DNA from: a virus
Lineage: Duplodnaviria; Caudoviricetes
DNA length: 29,619 bases
Virus record (IMG/VR): IMGVR_UViG_3300025759_000468
Location: 1 to 29,619 of that record
Reading direction: 5' to 3' (one strand)
Notes under the pieces: model-generated
The model's input: only the letters and a program-made list of their open reading frames with translations
Database searches by the model: none
Told to the model about the DNA's origin: nothing
Part shown: positions 8,336-15,167 of the stretch, in pieces
How positions within the stretch are numbered: position 1 is the stretch's first letter
Layout of the letters: every line of letters starts with the position of its first letter
Translations under genes and position numbers: made by a program

Positions 8336-8343
8336 TTTATTCG

Positions 8344-8397
8344 CTCCTATTTCGTGGTAACTCATCAGGGTAGACTACCAATATCTACCGATAGGAG
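8344..8397 (-). ncRNA. Hammerhead ribozyme A (type III, pseudoknotted)
   Basis: Minus strand CUCCU-AUC^-GGUAGA-UAUUGGUAG-UCUACC-CUGAUGA-GU-UACC-AC-GAAA-UAGGAG: complete core, three stems, and loop I GGUA complementary to loop II UACC. Predicted cut between 8390 and 8389. Confidence 0.92.
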
Positions 8398-8458
8398 AGA
8401 CATAACGCCTCTAATGTGGTGGGCCATTGTGTGTGGCTCGTATGAAGATTGAAAGACT

Positions 8459-8549
8459 TTGGTGACTCATCAGGATAGGCTACCAACACCTATCGACGGG
8501 AATTCCGGCGTTCCATCCGCTCGCGCGGCGCTTACTTTTCCCGTTTCGT
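8459..8549 (-). ncRNA. Hammerhead ribozyme B (type II, pseudoknotted)
   Basis: Minus strand AC-GAA-ACGGGAA-[insert with ccgc-GCGA-gcgg hairpin]-UUCCC-GUC^-GAUAGG-UGUUGGUAG-CCUAUC-CUGAUGA-GU-CACCAA. Loop I UUGGU pairs with 3' ACCAA. Predicted cut between 8495 and 8494. Confidence 0.88.
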
Positions 8550-8903
8550 TATCTCTCTTGTGTGATAATCGGTTAACTCAATGTAGTTATTCAGTAATAA
8601 CCTACCCAATTATCTCGTAGTATCCAGCTATCTGATGATACCGCTAGCTATTATCAGGATTCCACTCCCTACATATAACCTAAGGTTGCATACTACTGCA
8701 CCCCAGCAAAATTAATTGCCTTTTCGTAGCACCTATTTGGCGCTTGGTATCAAAAGTCCGTTTTAACTTTAAAGGTATCAGGTTGGACTACCCGTTCACT
8801 CGCTTTCGCTATTGAGTGATTCACTTACTGCAATTATTTATGACTGTTACAGTTTCCCAGTGTGTATTTAGTATCAGCTTGGGCATCCCCTGCGCTGCTT
8901 ACT
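8550..8903 (-). ncRNA. Candidate large structured non-coding RNA, family not recognised
   Basis: No ORF in the track; many stems, several needing G-U pairs valid only on the minus strand; a GAAA tetraloop; a possible 7-bp loop-loop pairing; lies directly downstream of sigma-28-type promoters. Confidence 0.6.
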
Positions 8904-8909
8904 CTCTCT

Positions 8910-8938
8910 TTATCGGTCAGAGCTTTTAAAAACTTTAG
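8910..8938 (-). promoter_or_regulatory. Sigma-28 (FliA)-type promoter P3
   Basis: CTAAAGTTT...ACCGATAA (TAAA-N16-ACCGATAA) with an upstream A-tract. Confidence 0.75.
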
Positions 8939-9004
8939 CTCTTTTTTGAGTTTTTTGGGCTTTCTTTTCACTTGGTGAAAGTAATCACCCCTAACTCAAT
9001 TCTC

Positions 9005-9033
9005 TTATCGGCGGCCCTTATCAAAAACTTTAG
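9005..9033 (-). promoter_or_regulatory. Sigma-28 (FliA)-type promoter P2
   Basis: CTAAAGTTT...GCCGATAA (TAAA-N16-GCCGATAA) with an upstream A-tract. Confidence 0.8.
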
Positions 9034-9097
9034 TTCTTTTTTTAGTGTCGTTCACTTTATTTCTAGGAAATAGGTGGTTGACTTTGGCCTCTCTCTC

Positions 9098-9125
9098 TTA
9101 TCGGCGGGGTGTTTGGAAACTTTAG
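9098..9125 (-). promoter_or_regulatory. Sigma-28 (FliA)-type promoter P1
   Basis: TAAAGTTT-N11-GCCGATAA, an exact match to the extended sigma-28 consensus. Confidence 0.85.
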
Positions 9126-9229
9126 TAGAAAATTCAATTTCTTTTTTGTTTCTTGGTTCCCTGCCCAAGTTCTATAATACATATCGGCGCGGCAATATAA
9201 AAATAAAAACTCTCTTTTTTCCCTAAACA

Positions 9230-9376
9230 TATCAATAGGTTGCAAGGCACAATTAGATCAGTGAATCAGAAAGTCCAGTGATTACAATAGGTTAGATAGG
9301 AGAATTGTACAGACCATCTATTTCCAATTTAGGTATATATAGTAGAAAAACAAAAGCCAATAATATCAAGGGGTTA
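9230..9376. promoter_or_regulatory. Cluster of IHF-like sites
   Basis: WATCAA-N4-TTR exact at 9230-9242 and 9364-9376; near match TTACAA-TAGG-TTA at 9282-9294. Confidence 0.5.
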
Positions 9377-9437
9377 CATGTCGGCGGGAAAAAAGAGCAC
9401 GATAAGGCACTAGAATGATTGACAAAATCAGCAAAGT

Positions 9438-9464
9438 TCAACTTTATAGATAGTATACCGATAA
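9438..9464 (+). promoter_or_regulatory. Possible rightward sigma-28-type promoter
   Basis: TCAACTTT-N11-ACCGATAA upstream of two peptide ORFs. Confidence 0.5.
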
Positions 9465-9524
9465 GTGTTATGTTACTAGATGTTATTGAAATTCAGTAAC
9501 ACGATGTAAGCAGGAGGGAACACC

Positions 9525-9611
9525 ATGCTACAGGATTTGACAACATATTTACTAGCTGTAACCAACCTTTTATTAGCAGTATATTTGATAGCACAGATCG
9601 CTACAATGTAA
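9525..9611 (+). CDS. 28-aa hydrophobic peptide
   Basis: AGGAGG upstream; MLQDLTTYLLAVTNLLLAVYLIAQIATM. Confidence 0.55.
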   Translation: MLQDLTTYLLAVTNLLLAVYLIAQIATM

Positions 9612-9627
9612 ACCAAGGGAGAGCACC

Positions 9628-9696
9628 ATGAGACTAGCACTATATCTAATCGTAAATATCGTGATCTATACACACGCGATCACCCAAATATTCTAA
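9628..9696 (+). CDS. 22-aa hydrophobic peptide
   Basis: GGGAG upstream; MRLALYLIVNIVIYTHAITQIF. Confidence 0.45.
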   Translation: MRLALYLIVNIVIYTHAITQIF

Positions 9697-9731
9697 AATA
9701 ACCAATAATATCAACGGTGAACCCACCTCCT

Positions 9732-9748
9732 TGCAAGGTTCATGCCAA
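9732..9748 (-). promoter_or_regulatory. Sigma-54 (RpoN)-type -24/-12 element
   Basis: Minus strand TTGGCATG-AACC-TTGCA with canonical GG-N10-GC spacing. Confidence 0.55.
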
Positions 9749-10151
9749 CGCAGAGAGCAGTGTACAAGTGGGGACAGGGGGGGTAGGCAGGGAGAGAGAT
9801 TCCGTTATACACTCTGGACGGTTTTTGGGGCCTTTTAACTACAACTAAAGTATCATTTATGGGCCTTTATCGCCATAAGTATAAGGATAGTGTGAGTAAA
9901 GTGCGAGTAAGCTGCTACTAATCCACAGGAATAACTGGCTGTTGCTACAACAAATTGATAGGAAAGTTGTAGAAAGAGTTGAAGACAGTCAGTGATGAAA
10001 GGGATTAGATCCGCGAAGCGGTGATTATTCAGGTACATTAAATTGAGGTTTATCTAGATAATAAAAGCTAAGTCCTTGAAATCACTGACTAAAGTAATAT
10101 CCCACCTATTTGCAATTAGTAATAATTACCAAAATGAGTAGAAAATAATGC

Positions 10152-10180
10152 TTGACAAGATTTTAGGAGATTGATATAAT
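10152..10180 (+). promoter_or_regulatory. Sigma-70 promoter for the rightward arm
   Basis: Perfect TTGACA-N17-TATAAT with extended -10 TG. Confidence 0.9.
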
Positions 10181-10269
10181 AAGTATATAAAGAAGATTGA
10201 GAGCTACAAAATTATAAGTAGACGAGAATACGAGTCTACTGGCGTTAGCCATACCTACAAGGAGATGGG

Positions 10270-10440
10270 ATGAAGATCTATAAAGCAGTATACAAGAATA
10301 GAGCTATGGATTATACGACCATTGGGTATTACAAAACTAAGGAATCTGCATCTAAGTCTTTGATAGAGCATCTTGATAACGTAGGTCTTCCTTATGAAGA
10401 AACTACTACTATTGTTTTTACTGTTCATGTTGAGGACTAG
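10270..10440 (+). CDS. Small hypothetical protein (56 aa)
   Basis: AAGGAG upstream; MKIYKAVYKNRAMDYTTIGYYKTKESA...HVED. Confidence 0.75.
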   Translation: MKIYKAVYKNRAMDYTTIGYYKTKESASKSLIEHLDNVGLPYEETTTIVFTVHVED

Positions 10441-10452
10441 GAGGATATTGGA

Positions 10453-10794
10453 ATGAAAGAGACAAGAATTCAGAAGACAGTCTACTATTATGTAGACCTT
10501 ATGAGCAGAGCTAAGACTCAGAGCAAGAGAGCTGAGCTTTATGCACAGATGTTATTTGATATAAAGAGTGCCACCAAATTTGACGCTCTAGAAGTCAAGG
10601 CTCCTAAGAAGAGTGAATGGGTGAAAATACCCAAAGAAGGTAAGGTAGTACCTTTTAAGAAGATACCTATGCCTAAATTAGAAACTATGTGGGTAGACGA
10701 AGTCTCTATAAATGAAGACGATCGAAAAGAATTAGAAGATAGGGTAAGAGGTAGATTTCTATCTACATTCAAAGCGGAGGATTCTGAGGACTGA
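10453..10794 (+). CDS. Hypothetical protein
   Basis: ORF track; GGAGGA upstream. Confidence 0.8.
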   Translation: MKETRIQKTVYYYVDLMSRAKTQSKRAELYAQMLFDIKSATKFDALEVKAPKKSEWVKIPKEGKVVPFKKIPMPKLETMWVDEVSINEDDRKELEDRVRGRFLSTFKAEDSED

Positions 10795-10867
10795 AGATCT
10801 CCCAGTAGGGATAACTATCTATGGAATTGACTAACTTACTCTAAAAACATCCCTTGAGGGAGGCACA

Positions 10868-10957
10868 ATGATTGAAGTACCTAACGCCGTCATATTATTT
10901 ATCGGAATAGTATTTATTATATGTCTAGATCTCATAACAGGAGGAACCCATGATTAG
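10868..10957 (+). CDS. 29-aa hydrophobic peptide
   Basis: GGGAGG upstream; MIEVPNAVILFIGIVFIICLDLITGGTHD. Confidence 0.55.
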   Translation: MIEVPNAVILFIGIVFIICLDLITGGTHD

Positions 10958-11153
10958 ACTAGAAACAGCTTACGAAGAAATCAATACAGTAGGTGGCAAG
11001 ATCTTAAGCATTCAAGCAATGAAGGAAGGATTCTTCAGAATCAAAATAATCAATGATGGGGTCATCAGTGAGGTATTATTGACACACCCAAATATGGATG
11101 AGCTTCTTGGCGCGATCTATAGAGCATACGACATTCAAAGAAAAGTCGGATAA
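10950..11153 (+). CDS. Hypothetical protein
   Basis: ORF track; AGGAGG upstream. Confidence 0.75.
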   Translation: MIRLETAYEEINTVGGKILSIQAMKEGFFRIKIINDGVISEVLLTHPNMDELLGAIYRAYDIQRKVG

Positions 11154-11173
11154 TTAAAACCAGAAAAATCAGA

Positions 11174-11202
11174 TTGACTAATCAGCCAATTTATGATATA
11201 AT
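11174..11202 (+). promoter_or_regulatory. Sigma-70 promoter
   Basis: TTGACT-N17-TATAAT with extended TG. Confidence 0.8.
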
Positions 11203-11215
11203 AGGAGTACACACA

Positions 11216-11509
11216 ATGGCAGTTGGTAGAAAACAAGAGAGATACAAGAATCGTGTCGGTAGGATCCTTACGGAAATTCTGTACGGAAACAAATTTGATG
11301 ATGCTAAAGGACTGACCAGAGTGATCAACCTCAGTAGCTTTTCAAAGCACCTACAATATTCCCAACCAGACATAGTCGAATATCTCAGATTCATGGAAGG
11401 CGCTGGCCTGTTAGAAGATCTTCGTATAGACTACAAGACTATCTACCTGACTATCGCTCCTCCTGTTGGAATCAAAAGGAAGACGAATGAAACGGCACAG
11501 ACGGCATAA
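11216..11509 (+). CDS. Putative winged-helix DNA-binding protein
   Basis: ATG 11216 follows AGGAG; INLSSFSKHLQYSQPDIVEYLRFMEGAGLL resembles a wHTH. Confidence 0.55.
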   Translation: MAVGRKQERYKNRVGRILTEILYGNKFDDAKGLTRVINLSSFSKHLQYSQPDIVEYLRFMEGAGLLEDLRIDYKTIYLTIAPPVGIKRKTNETAQTA

Positions 11510-11792
11510 TGCCTACGGTGCTCTAATACTACTAGCAATACTCAAGGGACCAGTAATGAAAACAGAATCAATGAAACGTCTAAAGGAACAGCTTGGCATT
11601 CCTGAAACTACGGAAGAGAAAGACGAGTCAATGACTCCTGAAGAAGTATCTGCTAAAAAAGTAGAAGAGACTAAGAAGAATAAGAAGTACAAACTGAAGA
11701 AGAAGAAACCAGAAGTAGCTGCACTAGATCCAGAGATGGGCGAAGAAGATACTGAGCTGACTCCTCCTTCTCCTGTGAATGGAGCATTCTAA
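11487..11792 (+). CDS. Charged hypothetical protein (start uncertain, 11487 or 11556)
   Basis: ORF track; Lys/Glu-rich. Confidence 0.6.
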   Translation: MKRHRRHNAYGALILLAILKGPVMKTESMKRLKEQLGIPETTEEKDESMTPEEVSAKKVEETKKNKKYKLKKKKPEVAALDPEMGEEDTELTPPSPVNGAF

Positions 11793-11997
11793 GATGGAAA
11801 GAAAGACAGCCAGTAAAAAAGGCGTTAACAAAATGGAAGATATCAAAAAGAAGAGAAACAAAGGTTTCAAGGATCTTTTTGGTTTTGGTGATGAAGACGA
11901 GAACGAAGCTTTAGCGGATAAGAAGAAATCTAAAAAAGGCAAAGGTCTTGATAAAGGAAGAGTGTCAGCATTTAAGAAGGGATTCTTTGGAAAATGA
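11779..11997 (+). CDS. Lys-rich hypothetical protein (start uncertain)
   Basis: ORF track. Confidence 0.6.
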   Translation: MEHSKMERKTASKKGVNKMEDIKKKRNKGFKDLFGFGDEDENEALADKKKSKKGKGLDKGRVSAFKKGFFGK

Positions 11998-12104
11998 TAA
12001 ATGACTTTCAGAAACATCTTAAAGATAAGAAAAAGAAAGAGCGCGATCAGCGAAATGCAGAGATCATAAAGAAGCTCAAGAGAGATAACGAAAAGAAGAA
12101 ATAG
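11994..12104 (+). CDS. 36-aa basic peptide
   Basis: ATGA overlap; MINDFQKHLKDKKKKERDQRNAEIIKKLKRDNEKKK. Confidence 0.55.
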   Translation: MINDFQKHLKDKKKKERDQRNAEIIKKLKRDNEKKK

Positions 12105-12105
12105 G

Positions 12106-12140
12106 AAGGAGGGGCCTCTCGTGGGGCCTCAATCCTCCTT
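12106..12140 (+). terminator. GC-rich hairpin (terminator or processing site)
   Basis: AAGGAGG-GGCCTC...GGGGCC...CCTCCTT; no clear U-tract. Confidence 0.4.
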
Positions 12141-12143
12141 AAA

Positions 12144-12190
12144 AGCAGCTACGGCCCTACTGCTATACCAACAAGGGCCTCCTAAGGAGG
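12144..12190 (+). promoter_or_regulatory. H-type pseudoknot plus anti-SD hairpin in a 5' leader
   Basis: S1 AGCAG/CTGCT, S2 GGCCCT/AGGGCC, and CCTCC-TAA-GGAGG over the SD. Confidence 0.55.
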
Positions 12191-12194
12191 ACAC

Positions 12195-12686
12195 ATGGCA
12201 AACAGAATAGTTAATGGTGAGAGTATTAGGAATATAGTGAAACAAGCAGACTTGATTTCTTTTCATCCTAATCCAGCTCAGAAGAAATTTAAAATTAAAT
12301 ATTACAACAAAGCAGAACTCTTAGGAGTTGCTTCACCAGAGTTAGCAGAGCTTGGAGAGATTCAGGAACTGGCAGGTATGGATCCCGACACTCTTGCTTC
12401 TTGGTGGACTCCTGTATTTGAGAATTGGTTTCGTGATAGACAACACATAACTGATAGAATTGACTACTTGTTTGAATCAGCGATAGAAAGAGCTGCTGAA
12501 CTTATGGCAGGAGCAGACAGAGATTCTGATTCTCTAGCCGCTATGAAGTTCTTAAAAGAAGTTAGATCTGAAATCAAAGCTGCTCAAAAAGAAGAGAAAG
12601 CTAATGACCAAGTAGATAAAGAACAACTTGAGAAGTTGATTGAACAGTTAGGTTATGTTAAAAAGATAGAGGGTCCAAGTGAGTAA
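12195..12686 (+). CDS. Probable terminase small subunit
   Basis: Size; HTH-like segment (IQELAGMDPDTLASWW); helical middle with the TerS-like SLAAMKFL; position upstream of TerL. Confidence 0.5.
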   Translation: MANRIVNGESIRNIVKQADLISFHPNPAQKKFKIKYYNKAELLGVASPELAELGEIQELAGMDPDTLASWWTPVFENWFRDRQHITDRIDYLFESAIERAAELMAGADRDSDSLAAMKFLKEVRSEIKAAQKEEKANDQVDKEQLEKLIEQLGYVKKIEGPSE

Positions 12687-13041
12687 GGTAAAAGTTCCTA
12701 CATTAGTTAATGTTTGTGGGAAATACTACCACATTCAGTACCAAGAGAATTGGGCAGATCTTCACGGAGAAGCTCTACTTGAAAAGAAGATCATAAAGAT
12801 CTCTACTGCTAATCACTATAAGAAGGATGACTTGTTTGCTACAATCTTTCATGAGACACTACATGCAGTATTATATGAAACTGGAATGGCTTCAGTCATT
12901 GCAGACTCAGATAAAGAAGAAGGAATCATTAGAGCTATAGAGAATTCTATGGCTTCTCAGGTTTCACTTACTAGTGGAATCTATTCAGATTTCAAAATGG
13001 TTGAACTAGGAAAAGAGAAGGCGGATAACAGTGGCGACTAA
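12679..13041 (+). CDS. Small zincin-like metallopeptidase
   Basis: HExxH motif TIFHETLHA with a downstream EE. Confidence 0.7.
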   Translation: MSKVKVPTLVNVCGKYYHIQYQENWADLHGEALLEKKIIKISTANHYKKDDLFATIFHETLHAVLYETGMASVIADSDKEEGIIRAIENSMASQVSLTSGIYSDFKMVELGKEKADNSGD

Positions 13042-14524
13042 TATCACATACAAGAGACTTACAGAAAGACCTATTTCCATTATAAATAGTGTCCATGCTG
13101 TTGCGTATGATGATCCACTTCATCCAACTCTTCCAACTTCTGTTACATACAATGTAAGTGCTCAGAAGAAAGAAACTGTGACAATCACTTATAGTGCCGA
13201 AGGATATCCAACAATAGATGGGATCGAATATAGGAACTATCAAGTTAATATTCCTCAAGGCTGGCTAGAACCTTTGAGTCTTGTTGTAGAAGGGGGAACT
13301 CCTTCAACTCCTGTACCACTAGGTGTAGAACTGAGTAATGATACTATTCTAGAAGGTTCACAGCCGGGAACATTGATTGGTATACTAACTACTATCAGTG
13401 GAGTAGGACCTTTCACATACTCTATAATAGGAGGAGAGACAGATAAGGTAATTCTCAACGGAGCATCTAATTCTAATCTAGTCATAGATTATCTAGCAGA
13501 TTCAACTGATTCTCCTTTCAATATATTGATAAGAACTACTGACTCTAATGGTGCAACATATGATCAGATTCTAACTATCAATATCACTCCGCAACCTATT
13601 ACAAATATAGAACTGAGTAACAACTCTATAGTTGAAGGAAGTCCTACTGGAACTGTGATAGGAACTCTATCTACAACAGGAGGAATATCTCCTTATGTAT
13701 ATAGTCTAAGTGGACAAGATGCTTCTAAGTTACAGATAGTAGGGAATGAAGTCCAACTTGCTGAACCTAGTTCTCTAAATCACCCTTTTTATGTATTTGA
13801 TATAATCTCAACAGATGCAGTAGATAATGAATACACTAAAGGATTTGGAGCCTTTGTCATACCAGCACCATACACATCCACAATACAAACAACTTTCGAT
13901 GGAGTTTCTGAATACACAGAAGTGTTAAGTGATCCATCTTTCAAAACTCAATCATTCTCTTTAAGTTTTTGGGTAGATATGCCAGCACAGCAAGACAGTG
14001 GAGGTATTTTAGAAGTAGGTGATGAATATTCTTTTAGGATGTTTTCTAATGGACAATTGTTTTGTAGATTAAGAACTGCTACAGCTTTTAAGGATTTTAG
14101 AATAGATCCTTCCTATAGAGGAAATAGAACAAACATTGTAATGACTTATGATGAATTTACAGATACTATGATAATGTACGCTAACGGAGCTATAGCTTCG
14201 GGTACTCAGACTGCTAATGATCCTTTTCCTTCTGGAAGGAGGCTTACAACTAAGAGCTTAAAAGTAGGAACAGCTTCAGGATTTTTTTGGGACAATACAA
14301 TAGATGAAGTTTCTTATTGGGATACAGCTTTATCACCTTCAGAAATAAATGCAATATATAATGACGGAGATGGAGTTAATCTACAAGCTCAGGTGTTTTC
14401 TAATAGACTAGTAAGTTGGTGGAAGATGGGCGAGAATGCAACTGCGCCAACTATTCAAGACGAATTAGGTATCAATGAGATGACTATGATCAACATGGAT
14501 CAAACTAATTTTGTAGGTGTATAA
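13031..14524 (+). CDS. Protein with two cadherin/Ig-like repeats and a C-terminal LamG/concanavalin-A-like domain
   Basis: Repeats ELSNDTILEGSQPGTLIG and ELSNNSIVEGSPTGTVIG; LamG signature FSLSFWV...IDEVSYWDTALSPSEINAIYN...LVSWWKMGE. Confidence 0.85.
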   Translation: MATNITYKRLTERPISIINSVHAVAYDDPLHPTLPTSVTYNVSAQKKETVTITYSAEGYPTIDGIEYRNYQVNIPQGWLEPLSLVVEGGTPSTPVPLGVELSNDTILEGSQPGTLIGILTTISGVGPFTYSIIGGETDKVILNGASNSNLVIDYLADSTDSPFNILIRTTDSNGATYDQILTINITPQPITNIELSNNSIVEGSPTGTVIGTLSTTGGISPYVYSLSGQDASKLQIVGNEVQLAEPSSLNHPFYVFDIISTDAVDNEYTKGFGAFVIPAPYTSTIQTTFDGVSEYTEVLSDPSFKTQSFSLSFWVDMPAQQDSGGILEVGDEYSFRMFSNGQLFCRLRTATAFKDFRIDPSYRGNRTNIVMTYDEFTDTMIMYANGAIASGTQTANDPFPSGRRLTTKSLKVGTASGFFWDNTIDEVSYWDTALSPSEINAIYNDGDGVNLQAQVFSNRLVSWWKMGENATAPTIQDELGINEMTMINMDQTNFVGV

Positions 14525-15165
14525 TGAAAAAATTTGTCATCATAAGAAAATCAGATATATCAGAAGCTATGCTGCAAACATCAGGATATGACAAAACTAA
14601 ACCTGTACCTATAACTAGAGAAGAAGAAGATGGATCTTTGACAGAGCTTGAATATTGTCTACTTCCATTCACTAATGAATTTGCAACACCTCTTGCAGGC
14701 TACATACGTTACACAAAAGAAGAACTAGATCCTATTCTAGAAGAGATAAGAAATGGTAAGTCCGTAAGTACTACACTTAAAAGAAGTGATAAGAAATCTG
14801 TATGGGACGATCCTGAAGGAGCAAGAACGAGATTTGAATTCTTAGGCTCATTCAAAAACAGAACAGAAGATATTACACTAGTATATGATCTGCCAGAAGA
14901 CAGACTGATCAATGGACTCAGATTCTATTTTGAAGGATCTGAAATTGGCGATACTATCTCATTTGAAATACATCACCCTCTTGCAGGACTATTAGAGGCA
15001 TTCGTTCCTAGTTGGGGAGTTTGTGATGGGTATCATAAAGAGAATGTCTATGCGGCTAAATTACCAGCAGGACTTCAGATACATATAATATTCAAAAAGG
15101 GAGAAGGTAATACAGGTGCAGTGTCAGCATTTTTTAATGGACTACTACATCAACCGCCGAGTTAG
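14524..15165 (+). CDS. Hypothetical protein, possibly structural
   Basis: ORF track; TAATG coupling; beta-rich C-terminal half. Confidence 0.75.
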   Translation: MKKFVIIRKSDISEAMLQTSGYDKTKPVPITREEEDGSLTELEYCLLPFTNEFATPLAGYIRYTKEELDPILEEIRNGKSVSTTLKRSDKKSVWDDPEGARTRFEFLGSFKNRTEDITLVYDLPEDRLINGLRFYFEGSEIGDTISFEIHHPLAGLLEAFVPSWGVCDGYHKENVYAAKLPAGLQIHIIFKKGEGNTGAVSAFFNGLLHQPPS

Positions 15166-15167
15166 AT

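Noticed and set aside
8632-8638. CTGATGA on the plus strand as a third hammerhead
   Set aside because: No suitably placed GAAA or stem III; better explained as part of the minus-strand RNA loop.
8760-8830. c-di-GMP-I riboswitch around the GAAA hairpin
   Set aside because: The conserved flanking motifs of that aptamer could not be matched by eye.
8875-8895. GGGGATG on the minus strand as a tmRNA/tRNA 5' end
   Set aside because: No following GGxTTCGA-type motif, T-arm or CCA end was found.
8900-9130. Three spaced repeats as a mini CRISPR array
   Set aside because: The repeats are bipartite with variable middles matching a promoter consensus; no cas genes are adjacent.
9181-9188. Fourth sigma-28 promoter (GCCGATAT on minus strand)
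   Set aside because: The -10 box is present but there is no TAAA at 15-16 nt spacing.
9063-10038. Minus-strand track ORFs 9063..9245, 9476..9673 and 9853..10038
   Set aside because: No convincing SD; they overlap promoters or better-supported plus-strand peptides.
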